Source of the DNA: a bacterium BMS3Abin03
GTDB lineage: Bacteria > Bacteroidota > Ignavibacteria > Ignavibacteriales > Ignavibacteriaceae
NCBI GenBank assembly: GCA_022340715.1
Contig: JAJDNK010000061.1
Span: 633 to 64,632, forward strand
Reading direction: 5' to 3'
Length of the DNA: 64,000 bases
A program made the position numbers and the translations under genes. Within the stretch, counting starts at the first letter, position 1, and each line of letters opens with the position of its first letter. The notes under the pieces were generated by a model. It was not told the DNA's origin. It saw only the letters and a list, made by a program, of their open reading frames with translations, and searched no databases. Positions 36,304 through 47,038 of this stretch are shown one piece after another.

Positions 36304-39063
36304 TTATAGACCTACTCTGAAACCGGCGTTAAATGTTGTTGGCATACCAACATAAACTTCTGCTGAACTTGCAGAGTGAGACTGGTAGTACTCTCCATTT
36401 ACTTTGTATCCATTATATGAACTGTTATCTGTTGCTTCCTGAACGTACAGATTATTAAGCACGTTGAATACGTGTCCAAAAACTGTTACATCCAAACCGG
36501 CAACTTGTCCGGGGATTCTATAAGATACATGTAAGTCAAGCAGACTGTATGAAGGTATCTGCCAAACCTGTGCACGATCATTAACATCGGTTCTAGTGAA
36601 TGGATCAAACTGAGAATAATAGGTATCGTAGAATCTCCATACTGCTTCGGTTTGAAGACCAAGTGGCCAGAAGCAGGTAACTGAAGCTGCGATCTGGGTT
36701 TGTGGCTGGTCACCAACCTTCAAATCTTTAATAGCGTAAGTATAATTTACTACAGAATTAGGATCTGATTGATCAGGAATATACCTTCCACTAACGTCGT
36801 CAGTATATGTCCAGAAGCCCTGACTTGCAGCAACATCGAATCTGATAAATCTAATTGGCTGATACACAGCATCAAGTTCAATTCCTGCATTTTGTTCGTC
36901 AATACCATCCAATCTAACAAATCCATCACTACCATCTGTGTTGGTTACTGTAATAGCCTGATATCTATCTGTCCAGATTGTGTAATAACCATTTAGCTTT
37001 ACTGTTAATTTGTTTTGCAATAAATGTGAATTTATACCCAATTCGCCGGATAGGAATTTTTCACTTTGCGGATCAGGAACCTTTGTACCGGTAACATCAT
37101 CGATTACCTGGTCAAAAATAGGAACTTTAGCAACATAGCCTGCATTGGCATATACATCTACTTGCGGATTTATTCTAAAACTGGCACCACCTTTGAACTG
37201 GTAACCGTTTATCCAATCACTAGCAATTTCTCTCTCACCGCCGGAAGCATCTTTAACAAAATGATCTACAAAATCATACTTTACTACCGAATAACCGGCT
37301 GTAGCATAAACCGACCATCTATTGAGAGTATATTCACCCTGTACATAACCGCCTAACCATTTAACGGTGTTTGTATTATCGTAATCAATATGGTCACCCA
37401 ATTTCTTGTAATATTGATTTCCACTTTCAAATTCATTTCCTGTCCAGTAATAGTAATCATTTCCCAATAAATCTCTGACCTCTCTGTAATGGTTAATTTC
37501 TGCAATTCTGCCATCTATTCCGAATTGTAAATTTAGATTTTCGGTAGCTTTCCAGAATAATTTTGAAATTAAACCCCAGGTCCATTGAGAATTAACACTA
37601 TTTCTTAATATACCGCCGCGATTGGGATCACCGCTAATATTATTGGATACAATATAATCGGTTGGACCATTTCCAAAATCAACACTTTGAACGTGTGTTC
37701 TATTACTTTCAATTGTGGCATCCCAATCAACAATTCTCTGGAGTAAACCGTAATCATACATCAAACTTCCAAAAGTTCCGGTTCCTCCACCTTGTCCTCC
37801 GGACCAATAAAGGGTAGAATATAGACTGGTTTTTGGTGAAAACTGAGTATACCAGTTTAAGTTAACAACCGGTTTATGAAAATAATTTTCTCTTTCGTGT
37901 ATAAATGTGGGATCGTAACGTTGATTAATATCGTTGTTCCAGTATGATCTTTCCCATTGCAATCCCTGGTAAGATGTACTTACACTATTCCAGTTTGAAT
38001 TGTATAATATTCCTTGCTCCCTTAAACTTTTTTCGTTAAGAGCCTGTTCAGGAAAACCTAAATCCCTGGCTAATTTATGGCTATAAGTTGCTAAATTTAA
38101 CTTATATAAATTCTGACCATGTTTTTGTGGTGCACCCAAGGCGTATAACTCTAACCTGTTTTTATCGTTAATTTGATATGAAGCACCAAGATAATATGCC
38201 CAAGCATTGGTATAGGTTTTATCAACTTCTCCATCACCAACTTTATGTACGCCACCTATACTTAAAGCAAATTTGTTATCAATCAACCCGGTATGTGCAT
38301 ATAAAGTATTCTTGCTAAAATTACCGGAGCCTATTTCCGACTGGTACATAACACCAGCTTTTTGTCTTGTAGGATCGGTAATAACATTAATAACACCACC
38401 TACTGATGGCGTAGCCAGTGTAGTTGCGCTGAGTCCTCTTTGTATCTGAATAGAAGAAGAAACATCTCCTAATCCATCCCAGTTTGACCAGTAAACCCAG
38501 GCATTCTCCATATCATTAATAGGAACACCATTAATCATAATGGCAATATTTCTCTGATCAAATCCACGAAGGTTTATACGCGAGTCACCGGCACCGCCGC
38601 CTTGCATAGTTGAATAAACCGAAGGCGTTGTATTTAAGACCAGAGGAATGTCCTGTGAACCAAGATTAAACTGGATATCCTTTTTGGTTATATTTGTGAA
38701 AGCAACAGGTGTTTCCCTGTCTTTTGCTCTGTCTGAAATTACCTCTACAGAAAGTGTAAACTGGTATTCCGTCATAGCAAAATTTAATGTCATATCGGCA
38801 TTTACATTAATTTCCTTTTCGATTTTAGTAAAACCGATATAACTGCAGGTAATTGTGTACGAACCTTCATCAACAGTAATTGAGTATTCGCCGTTTGCAT
38901 CGGTTGCCGCACCCCACGATGTACCAAGAAGGTAGACATTTGCCCCTAGAAGTTTATCCCCTGTTGTAGCATCAGTTACAACCCCTGATATTTTGTACTG
39001 TGCAGCCCATGAGGTGGAAAACAGGAGAACTGTAATTAGAATAGCCTTGTACAGCTTGCTCAT
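36304..39063 (-). CDS. TonB-dependent outer-membrane receptor with an N-terminal carboxypeptidase-regulatory-like domain
   Basis: 919 aa. Signal peptide, then YKISGVVTDATTGDKLLGANVYL...GEYSITVDEGSYTITCSYIGF (CarboxypepD_reg), a plug domain and a long beta-barrel. Confidence 0.85.
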   Translation of the reverse strand: MSKLYKAILITVLLFSTSWAAQYKISGVVTDATTGDKLLGANVYLLGTSWGAATDANGEYSITVDEGSYTITCSYIGFTKIEKEINVNADMTLNFAMTEYQFTLSVEVISDRAKDRETPVAFTNITKKDIQFNLGSQDIPLVLNTTPSVYSTMQGGGAGDSRINLRGFDQRNIAIMINGVPINDMENAWVYWSNWDGLGDVSSSIQIQRGLSATTLATPSVGGVINVITDPTRQKAGVMYQSEIGSGNFSKNTLYAHTGLIDNKFALSIGGVHKVGDGEVDKTYTNAWAYYLGASYQINDKNRLELYALGAPQKHGQNLYKLNLATYSHKLARDLGFPEQALNEKSLREQGILYNSNWNSVSTSYQGLQWERSYWNNDINQRYDPTFIHERENYFHKPVVNLNWYTQFSPKTSLYSTLYWSGGQGGGTGTFGSLMYDYGLLQRIVDWDATIESNRTHVQSVDFGNGPTDYIVSNNISGDPNRGGILRNSVNSQWTWGLISKLFWKATENLNLQFGIDGRIAEINHYREVRDLLGNDYYYWTGNEFESGNQYYKKLGDHIDYDNTNTVKWLGGYVQGEYTLNRWSVYATAGYSVVKYDFVDHFVKDASGGEREIASDWINGYQFKGGASFRINPQVDVYANAGYVAKVPIFDQVIDDVTGTKVPDPQSEKFLSGELGINSHLLQNKLTVKLNGYYTIWTDRYQAITVTNTDGSDGFVRLDGIDEQNAGIELDAVYQPIRFIRFDVAASQGFWTYTDDVSGRYIPDQSDPNSVVNYTYAIKDLKVGDQPQTQIAASVTCFWPLGLQTEAVWRFYDTYYSQFDPFTRTDVNDRAQVWQIPSYSLLDLHVSYRIPGQVAGLDVTVFGHVFNVLNNLYVQEATDNSSYNGYKVNGEYYQSHSASSAEVYVGMPTTFNAGFRVGL

Positions 39064-39436
39064 AGATCCTCTCCTTATAGATTTGTTTTAAAATATGTTG
39101 ATTAGAATTCCCGAGTTAATTAACTCTCCGTAGATGGAAATGACATCTACTAAAAAATTCATTAAGCAATGTTAATATGGAACTATTTGCAGAGTTATTC
39201 AAGTATTCCGTGTAAATTAATTATTAATTAATGCTTGGTTATTTTCTCAAATTATGGTTAAATTTATGACAAATTATAAAGTTTTGTAGGCTTTCCAGAA
39301 ATTCCCCCAAATTTTCAGACTAAATTAATTTTTAAACCGGAAGTGGTTGCTTTTATATAAATCATCATTGGTATTAACCTCATTGTTTGATAATTTTAAA
39401 TAAAATAATAGCAATTTTATATAAGTAATATTAAAA

Positions 39437-40675
39437 ATGAAAGAGAAGATTAATAGTTTCCGTAAGCTGTTTTTAGTAATATTAGTTACTCTTTTCAGTT
39501 CTGGTATTTTTGCACAATCACAACCTTATGTAATCCTGATTTCTTTTGATGCTTTTAGATGGGATTATTCAAACAGGAATATCACACCAAATATAGAATC
39601 GTTTGCAGAAAACGGAGTAAATGCTCAATCTCTAAAACCGGTTTTTCCATCAAAAACATTCCCAAACCATATTTCAATAATAACGGGAATGTATCCTGAA
39701 CATCACGGAATAATTTTCAATGATTTCTATAATACTTTTACCGGCTCTCATTATAAATTATCTGATTCCGTAGAAGTAAGAGATAGCAGATGGTACAAAG
39801 GAGAGGCTTTCTGGGAAACAGCCAAACACCAGGGAATTATAACCGCAAGCTATTTTTGGCCTGGTTCCGATATTAATATGGAATACAGACGACCAAATTA
39901 TTATTATCATTATTCGCATGATACTCCTTATAAGCAGAGAATAAATGGAGTGATCGACTGGTTGAAGTTACCGTATAATAAAAGACCTCATTTTATCACA
40001 TTGTACTTCGAACTTACCGATGATATAGGACATCGTTACGGGCCAAATTCACCACAGATCGATACTGCTATCGCCAGTTTAGACAGCACCTTTGGCTCCC
40101 TATTAAATTCTTTACGAAATATTCAAATGATCGATAGTGTTAATATTATTCTTGTTTCTGATCATGGAATGACTGATGTGAGTGGAGATAGAATAATCAA
40201 TATTGAAGAAATGTTGAAAGGATATGACGTTAAATATTCAAATTACGGGCCTGTAATGATGATTCAGCCTGAAGAAGATGATATAGAAAAAGTTTATTCA
40301 TTACTGAAAAACAACGAAAATCATTACAAAGTCTACAAGAAAGATGGAATACCTTCGTATTACCATTTCTCAGAAAACCCATTTATCTATAAAATATTGG
40401 TGGTTGCTGATCTTGGCTGGAGTGCTATATTAAATCGCGATCTAAAATGGTACAAACAGGGTTCAACCGGTGGTAATCACGGATATGATAATAATACTCT
40501 CGATATGCATGGGACTTTTATTGCTTCCGGCCCACTATTTAAAGAACATTACAAAACTGGAATGATAAATTGTTTAGACATTTATCCTCTTCTTTGTAAA
40601 ATTTTTAATGTTTATCCTAATGCTAATATTGATGGTCGTCTCGATAGAATAAAATTTATTTTAAAAGAAAACTGA
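39437..40675 (+). CDS. Ectonucleotide pyrophosphatase/phosphodiesterase (alkaline-phosphatase superfamily, NPP type)
   Basis: 412 aa with a signal peptide, ISFDAFRWDY, the catalytic-Thr motif PSKTFPNHISIITGMYPEHHGI and SDHGM. Confidence 0.85.
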   Translation: MKEKINSFRKLFLVILVTLFSSGIFAQSQPYVILISFDAFRWDYSNRNITPNIESFAENGVNAQSLKPVFPSKTFPNHISIITGMYPEHHGIIFNDFYNTFTGSHYKLSDSVEVRDSRWYKGEAFWETAKHQGIITASYFWPGSDINMEYRRPNYYYHYSHDTPYKQRINGVIDWLKLPYNKRPHFITLYFELTDDIGHRYGPNSPQIDTAIASLDSTFGSLLNSLRNIQMIDSVNIILVSDHGMTDVSGDRIINIEEMLKGYDVKYSNYGPVMMIQPEEDDIEKVYSLLKNNENHYKVYKKDGIPSYYHFSENPFIYKILVVADLGWSAILNRDLKWYKQGSTGGNHGYDNNTLDMHGTFIASGPLFKEHYKTGMINCLDIYPLLCKIFNVYPNANIDGRLDRIKFILKEN

Positions 40676-40693
40676 TCTTACTGTATCCCCCAA

Positions 40694-41965
40694 ATGGAAC
40701 TTTTAAATCTAAAATACGAAAAATATAAGCTAAGTAATGGACTTGAAGTAATTCTTCATCAAAATAAAAATATTCCTCTTACCGCGGTGAATATATGGTA
40801 TAAAGTAGGTTCAGCGCAGGAGAAGAGAGGAAAAACAGGGATTGCACATCTTTTCGAACATATGATGTTCCAGGGATCCGAACATGTTGCAAAAGAAATA
40901 CACTTCCGTTTAATACAGGAAGCAGGTGGTTCATTAAATGGATCAACCAGCTTTGATAGAACTAATTACTATGAAAAGGTACCATCCAATTTTCTTGAGC
41001 TTGCCTTGTGGCTTGAAGCTGACAGAATGGGATTCTTGCTGCCCGCTCTGGATCAGGAGAAACTTGATAACCAGACAAAAGTAGTATACAATGAACGTAT
41101 GGAAAGATATGACAATCAGCCATACGGTTTGGCATGGGAATTATTAATTACAAATCTTTATAACAAGTCTCATCCTTACAGTTGGCCAACTATAGGATTT
41201 GCTGAAGATATAAAAAGTTACACACTTGAGGATGTATCAGGATTTTTTAAGAAATTTTATTCACCCGGCAATGCCTCACTGGTTGTTGCAGGTAACCTTG
41301 AAATTGATAAAACAAAATTCATAGTTGAAAAATATTTTGGAGATATAAAAAGTAACAACAAAGTAAACCATTTAGATGTACCTACATTTGAATTAAACGA
41401 GACAAAAACAATAATTCATAAAGATACTGTTCAGTTAGAAAGAATTTATATTTCATGGTTAACTCAAAAAGCTTTCGATAAAGATGATGCAACTCTGGAT
41501 ATTTTATCAGATCTTCTTGCAGGCAGTAAGAACGCAAGATTGTATAAATCACTGGTATTTGAAAAAGAAATTGCTCAGGATGTCTCAGCATTCCAATTTT
41601 CCGGAAAATATGGTGGGCATTTTACAATCGTTGCAACCGCTAAACCGGGAAAATCATTAGAAGAAATTAAATCGGAAATATTTAGAGAGATAGACAATAT
41701 CAAAACCATTGGCATTAAATCTTCAGAATTAAAACGATCAAAGAATGGAATTAAATCGAGCTTCGTTTTTTCACTTCAAAATTTGGATACTATTGCCGAT
41801 CATCTCAATTTATACAACTTTTATCTGGATGAACCAAACTCATTTGCGTTCGATTTAAACCGTTATGAATCTGTTGGTAAAGAAGAAATAATTAAGGTAA
41901 TATCGAACTACCTAACAAATTCTTTTATTGAATTAAGAATCATCCCAAAGAATAAAATTTCATGA
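40694..41965 (+). CDS. M16-family zinc peptidase (active subunit)
   Basis: 423 aa with the inverted zinc motif HxxEH in GIAHLFEHMMFQGS. Confidence 0.88.
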   Translation: MELLNLKYEKYKLSNGLEVILHQNKNIPLTAVNIWYKVGSAQEKRGKTGIAHLFEHMMFQGSEHVAKEIHFRLIQEAGGSLNGSTSFDRTNYYEKVPSNFLELALWLEADRMGFLLPALDQEKLDNQTKVVYNERMERYDNQPYGLAWELLITNLYNKSHPYSWPTIGFAEDIKSYTLEDVSGFFKKFYSPGNASLVVAGNLEIDKTKFIVEKYFGDIKSNNKVNHLDVPTFELNETKTIIHKDTVQLERIYISWLTQKAFDKDDATLDILSDLLAGSKNARLYKSLVFEKEIAQDVSAFQFSGKYGGHFTIVATAKPGKSLEEIKSEIFREIDNIKTIGIKSSELKRSKNGIKSSFVFSLQNLDTIADHLNLYNFYLDEPNSFAFDLNRYESVGKEEIIKVISNYLTNSFIELRIIPKNKIS

Positions 41966-43317
41966 AATTCGACCGCAGCATAATACCTTCCCCTTCCCCG
42001 GTATCTTTATTCAATGTTCCTGAGGAGGAAATAATTAAACTTGATAACGGGTTGCAAATTTTTCACATTAAAAAATCAGAATTGCCGATTGTACTGGTTA
42101 AAGTTGTGATAAATGCCGGTAGTAAATACGATCCTTCAGATAAAAAAGGAACATTTAACCTTCTTTCGATGTGTATTGATGAAGGGGCTGGTGAATTCAA
42201 CTCGCTTGAATTAAGCGAACAGTTTGATCTTTTGGGCACCAGTTTTTCTATTCATTGTAATAGTGATAATATTCAACTGACATTCCAGACTCTGAAAGAA
42301 AATTTTAATAAATCCCTCGATCTGTTATCAAAAATTCTGACCGAACCTCATTTAAAGAATGAAGATTTTGAGCGCGAGAAAAGAAAGATTCAAACAAGAC
42401 TTCAGCAATTGAAAGACGATCCTGATTATCTGGCAAATGTTTCTTTCGAATCTATACTAATGGGTAATCAGAATCCTTATTCATTTCCTGTTTTAGGAGT
42501 TGAAAATAATATTGAACAAATTATGTTAGAAGATATAATCGTCAGCCACAAGAATTTTATTTTTCCAAATAATGCTTTTGTGATTGTTACCGGTGATATC
42601 GATAAGAATGAATTATCATACATTCTGAATAAAAATTTATCGGGATGGCAGAAAAACAGTTTAATTAACAAGCTTAAACTGGAAAATAAAAATGATATCC
42701 ACAAGGTGTATATTGTGGATAAGAAAGATTCGGTTCAAACAGAAATACGAGTTGGTCATCATTCTTCCGACAGAAATTCAAAAGATTATTTTGCTAAACA
42801 TTTGCTTAATACAACTTTGGGTGGTCAGTTTACAAGCAGGATTAATCTTAATCTTCGCGAAAAACATGGGTTCACTTATGGTGCTGGATCTAATTTCAAT
42901 TATTATAAAGACTATGCTTATTTTTCTGTTTACACCTCCGTTGGAATCGATGAAACATACAACGCATTAAAAGAAATCTTTCATGAATTAAACAACATCA
43001 GAAACGGAGTTACAGAAGAAGAACTGAATTTTGCCAAATCATCTATTATAAGAAAATTTCCTTCAAACTTTGAAACTTATAAACATATTACATCCAACTT
43101 GGCAGGAAAAATTATTTTTGGTTTACCTGACGATTATTTTAAAAGGTATATAGAAAATATCAATTCTGTTCCGCTCAATGATGTTAATAAAGCTGCAGCT
43201 GAAAATATTTTTCCTGATCAAATTACTACTGTATTAGTTGGTGATAAAGATAAGCTTTTAGAACAATTGAAAAGCAATAAATTTGGTGAAGTGAAAATTT
43301 ATGAAAGTGAAGAGTAG
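41962..43317 (+). CDS. M16-family peptidase-like protein lacking HxxEH (probable non-catalytic partner)
   Basis: 451 aa with the M16 fold pattern, but the equivalent position reads GTFNLLSMCIDEGAG. There is a 4-nt overlap with the upstream M16 gene. Confidence 0.8.
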   Translation: MKFDRSIIPSPSPVSLFNVPEEEIIKLDNGLQIFHIKKSELPIVLVKVVINAGSKYDPSDKKGTFNLLSMCIDEGAGEFNSLELSEQFDLLGTSFSIHCNSDNIQLTFQTLKENFNKSLDLLSKILTEPHLKNEDFEREKRKIQTRLQQLKDDPDYLANVSFESILMGNQNPYSFPVLGVENNIEQIMLEDIIVSHKNFIFPNNAFVIVTGDIDKNELSYILNKNLSGWQKNSLINKLKLENKNDIHKVYIVDKKDSVQTEIRVGHHSSDRNSKDYFAKHLLNTTLGGQFTSRINLNLREKHGFTYGAGSNFNYYKDYAYFSVYTSVGIDETYNALKEIFHELNNIRNGVTEEELNFAKSSIIRKFPSNFETYKHITSNLAGKIIFGLPDDYFKRYIENINSVPLNDVNKAAAENIFPDQITTVLVGDKDKLLEQLKSNKFGEVKIYESEE

Positions 43318-43335
43318 AATAGCACCTTCTGAATT

Positions 43336-44349
43336 CTATTTTGCCACTGGTTTTTGAATCAAAAGAGAAGGATGAACAACTTTATAACCGATCTTTTTGA
43401 ACCTGTTTATTTCAGGAATTAGCTTTTCAAATCCTTCATAATTAACAACAATAATCTGGCTTCTGCCATCACCCATATTCTTAATTAAATAATCGAAATC
43501 GTTTTTAATCTGAAGTTCGTTTTCATATTCGAGATTGACTAAATTCCCTAACTCCAGCAATTTGATATTTCTTTTATCAAGCTCCCCTTTTATTAACTTG
43601 AATATATCTGAATGGAACAAATCCGAATTATTATCAATAACAAAAAAAGATGCTCCGGAAAAATCTTTTATAATTGTGAATAATGTAGATTTTATTCTGT
43701 CCTGTGAATAATCATCACGAAGTTTGTATTTTATTTCTGTAATCTTATCGTTCAACAAGATTGAAAATGTTTTCTTTTTCTCTGTGATAAATCTTGCTAT
43801 ATCAAAATTTTTCATCGAAGGAGGCATTAAAGGAGAAAATGGTTCTGGAATATGGAGAAGTAAAGAATCCTCTGAATCATTTAATTTATAATCACTTAAT
43901 ATGAATGAAATAGTTCCTGCAATACGGTGGATTGTATCATCATATTTAAACTCCGATTTTAGCAGGATTTTATTTCCAGCATAGATTTTTGTTTCAGTTT
44001 TTCCTGAAGCATTCTTTTCTTCGGAAAAAATTTTTAACCTCTTGTTGCTAAAGTTTAAATTTAGTTCAGCAAGCACAACTGGTATTGAAAGATCAACAGG
44101 TATATCAACTAGATATGATTTTATATTTTTTGAATTCCCCGTTTCTTTTATCCAATCGTTGTTAATTCCAAAACTGTGAAGTGAATACAGAAATAGACTA
44201 TCAATCCCGGATATATTAATCTTACTCTGGTAGATATTAGGTTCAGGTGTTTTGTTAAAAATACCAACAAGCAGATTCGCAATTAATAATAGCAAAGCCG
44301 CACCAAATAAAGCAAGTGCGGCTGTTTTCTTTTCAAAATTAAATTTCAT
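43336..44349 (-). CDS. Hypothetical membrane-anchored protein
   Basis: 337 aa with an N-terminal TM helix (AALALFGAALLLLIANLLVGIF). I cannot assign a confident family. Confidence 0.5.
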   Translation of the reverse strand: MKFNFEKKTAALALFGAALLLLIANLLVGIFNKTPEPNIYQSKINISGIDSLFLYSLHSFGINNDWIKETGNSKNIKSYLVDIPVDLSIPVVLAELNLNFSNKRLKIFSEEKNASGKTETKIYAGNKILLKSEFKYDDTIHRIAGTISFILSDYKLNDSEDSLLLHIPEPFSPLMPPSMKNFDIARFITEKKKTFSILLNDKITEIKYKLRDDYSQDRIKSTLFTIIKDFSGASFFVIDNNSDLFHSDIFKLIKGELDKRNIKLLELGNLVNLEYENELQIKNDFDYLIKNMGDGRSQIIVVNYEGFEKLIPEINRFKKIGYKVVHPSLLIQKPVAK

Positions 44350-44351
44350 AT

Positions 44352-45134
44352 TTACTTGTTCTTAAACAATGGTTTTCGCTTTCCTAGGAATGCAGATGTT
44401 CCTTCTTTAAAATCTTCTGTTCCGCAACATAAGGCAAAAAGACTTGCCTCCAGTTTTTGCCCTTCTTTAAGCGAGATTTCATTTACAGCACGAATACTTT
44501 TCATTGCCAGACGAATTGCCTGCTGACCCTTACCCGCTATTTTCGTTGCCATACTTTTTGCACTATCCATTAATTCATTTATTGGATAAACTTTGTTAAC
44601 AAGTCCGATACGTAAAGCTTCATTTGCATCGATCATATCGGCAGTTAAAATATATTCCGTAGCTCTTCCCGAATTTATTAACCTTGCAAGTCTTTGAGTA
44701 CCACCATAACCAGGTATAATTCCCAGGTTTAGTTCCGGCTGACCGAATTTTGCAGTTTCACTTGCCACACGAATATGACATGCAAGTGCAAGCTCACAGC
44801 CCCCGCCAAGTGCAAAACCATTTACCGCCGCTATTATAGGCTTATCGAATTGTTCAATTTTGTTGAAAATACTTTGTCCTCTTTCGGAAAATTCTTTTGC
44901 ACTTACAACATTTAGTTTGTTAAGTTCTGAAATGTCCGCGCCGGCTACAAATGCTTTCTCGCCACTGCCTGTTATAATTATCACATAAATTTCGTTTTCG
45001 TTTTTTAACGTATCAAAAACCGAATTAAGATCATTAATTGTTTGGGCATTTAATGCATTCAATTTATCCGGTCTATTTACCGTAATAACAGCAACGTGAT
45101 CTTTTATTTCCAGCAAAAGTGTTTTATAATTCAT
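44352..45134 (-). CDS. Enoyl-CoA hydratase (crotonase family)
   Basis: 260 aa with ITGSGEKAFVAGADI, AAVNGFALGGGCELALACH and GIIPGYGGTQRL. Confidence 0.9.
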   Translation of the reverse strand: MNYKTLLLEIKDHVAVITVNRPDKLNALNAQTINDLNSVFDTLKNENEIYVIIITGSGEKAFVAGADISELNKLNVVSAKEFSERGQSIFNKIEQFDKPIIAAVNGFALGGGCELALACHIRVASETAKFGQPELNLGIIPGYGGTQRLARLINSGRATEYILTADMIDANEALRIGLVNKVYPINELMDSAKSMATKIAGKGQQAIRLAMKSIRAVNEISLKEGQKLEASLFALCCGTEDFKEGTSAFLGKRKPLFKNK

Positions 45135-45142
45135 TTTAATAT

Positions 45143-45733
45143 TTAATAATTAATAAATAGTGGGATTCTAACTTTGAGGTCGACAGAAATAAACTGATTA
45201 TTTTCCAGGTAATTATACGAAGTGATAATTTCCATAAGAAACATAGATAATCCAACACCGGCAGTTGCCCCGAATTTTGCAGTTTCTTCTGTAAAGTTAT
45301 TTATGCCTGATCCGGCTTTAAATTCATGTAGTTTATCAAAATAAGTGAATGAAGCTGAAAGCTCAACTATGGGTATGAATAAAACAACTTGTTCAAGCAG
45401 AGGGCTGAAATAATACCGAACACCGAGTTGCAGCGGAAAAGCACTTGTTGAAAGATTTGAATATTGAGTTTCCTGATAAAAACTTTGTGAGCCGGGATAT
45501 TGTTCAAAGCCTACTTTAGCAAAAATGAAAAAAGGTAAAACATCATTATCGGTATATGAAACTTCTATATTAAATCCGTAACCCAGATCAGTTGAGTTGG
45601 AGAGATTCCCAACTGGCATCCTTGGTCCAACACCGAATGCAAGAAAAATTCCCTGGGCTTTTTCAGCAGGTGGATCTATTGCATAAGTCTGAACACTAAT
45701 TACAAGCACAAAAAAAATAAAAAACTTTTTCAT
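45143..45733 (-). CDS. Hypothetical outer-membrane beta-barrel protein
   Basis: 196 aa with a signal peptide, alternating hydrophobic beta-strand pattern and a C-terminal aromatic residue (PLFINY). Confidence 0.5.
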   Translation of the reverse strand: MKKFFIFFVLVISVQTYAIDPPAEKAQGIFLAFGVGPRMPVGNLSNSTDLGYGFNIEVSYTDNDVLPFFIFAKVGFEQYPGSQSFYQETQYSNLSTSAFPLQLGVRYYFSPLLEQVVLFIPIVELSASFTYFDKLHEFKAGSGINNFTEETAKFGATAGVGLSMFLMEIITSYNYLENNQFISVDLKVRIPLFINY

Positions 45734-45779
45734 TCAAATCATTGTTTTCCTTGATCAAAAAATAGTAAAAAGTAATCTT

Positions 45780-46247
45780 TTAATCATTCATTTTCGGATT
45801 ATCAATTCTTAGTTCAGTTCCAACTCCAAATTTTTTTACCAGATCCCCACCATAATAAGAAGTTTGATAAATAAGGAAACAACCAAACAACGCCAGCAAA
45901 ATTATAAAATATTCAAATGCCTTATTCGATTTTTTCTTTAAAACAAAGAATGTTTTTAGCACCAATAATCCTGAAAAATACCAGACAGTTAGATTTGCAT
46001 ATGTTTGATGGTGACTGAATAATTCCCTGCTTGCAGTGTTCCAGTTGTGAAAAGTTGAAAATGCTTGATTCCCTGTAAGCACAGCCGCTATAGCGCCGAT
46101 TACACCGAGAAATAAAAGTAAGTGAGCCGTTTTAGAGAAAAAAATCTTCTTAAATATAAATCCGATCAATTCACAAAGAACATAGGTTAATAAAAGTGCG
46201 ATCGGAAAATGAACTACTTTTGGATGTAAACCGGCTAAAAAATCCAT
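45780..46247 (-). CDS. DUF2231-like membrane protein
   Basis: 155 aa with N-terminal GLHPKVVHFPIALLL and four hydrophobic helices. Confidence 0.6.
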   Translation of the reverse strand: MDFLAGLHPKVVHFPIALLLTYVLCELIGFIFKKIFFSKTAHLLLFLGVIGAIAAVLTGNQAFSTFHNWNTASRELFSHHQTYANLTVWYFSGLLVLKTFFVLKKKSNKAFEYFIILLALFGCFLIYQTSYYGGDLVKKFGVGTELRIDNPKMND

Positions 46248-46256
46248 AAATAATAT

Positions 46257-46982
46257 TTAATAATCTACTCTGTACAAAAACAGTCCTTTTGCCGGGACAG
46301 AATCTCCGGCAGCTTCTCTGGATTTATCATCAATAATCTTTTTGATATAATCATTTCCTTCTTTTTTATTTACAGCTTTTAATATAGTGCCTATTATAGC
46401 CCTTACCATGCCGTGTAAAAATCTATCAGATGAAATAAAAAATAAATAAAAATTATTTGTTTCCCGCCATGTAACTTGTTTTACCTCACAAACTTTGTTT
46501 TCAATATCGGATTTTTTCTTGCAGAATGAAGAAAAATCTTTTTTTCCTAAAAAATTTGTACTTAATTCTTTAAAAGATTTGATATCAAGATTTTTTTTAT
46601 AAACTGAATATTTATAGTAAAATGGTGATTTTATTTTCGAGAAAAGGTATAAATAAGTTCTTTGCTTAGCATCAAAACGTGAATTAAACAACTCATCAAC
46701 TTCTTCAATCCTTATTACAGAAATATCTTCAGGCAAAACTGCATTTATTGAATGCTGAAAAGAATAAACATCAATTTTATTTTCGCATCTAAAATTTGCT
46801 ACTTGCCCAATCGAATGAACACCTGAATCTGTTCTACCTGAACCAATAAGATTTATCTCTTCTCTTAGAATCGTTTTTATTGATTCCGAAATAATTCCTT
46901 GTATGGTTTTTGCATTCTCCTGAATCTGCCAACCTGCATAATCAGTTCCATCATACTGAATTGTTAATCTGTAATTATTCAA
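46257..46982 (-). CDS. truA: tRNA pseudouridine(38-40) synthase TruA
   Basis: 241 aa with YRLTIQYDGTDYAGWQIQ and the catalytic Asp motif GSGRTDSGVH. Confidence 0.92.
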   Translation of the reverse strand: MNNYRLTIQYDGTDYAGWQIQENAKTIQGIISESIKTILREEINLIGSGRTDSGVHSIGQVANFRCENKIDVYSFQHSINAVLPEDISVIRIEEVDELFNSRFDAKQRTYLYLFSKIKSPFYYKYSVYKKNLDIKSFKELSTNFLGKKDFSSFCKKKSDIENKVCEVKQVTWRETNNFYLFFISSDRFLHGMVRAIIGTILKAVNKKEGNDYIKKIIDDKSREAAGDSVPAKGLFLYRVDY

Positions 46983-47038
46983 TTCGGGTTAACATTCATA
47001 AATAAAAGATTTTGGAATTCTAAGCGGTATTTTTCTTA

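Noticed and set aside
36486-37356. Alternative-frame and antisense ORFs inside the TonB-dependent receptor gene (36486-36716, 36750-36935, 36769-36996, 37066-37356)
   Set aside because: They are contained within a 919-aa ORF with clear receptor architecture and have no independent start signals.
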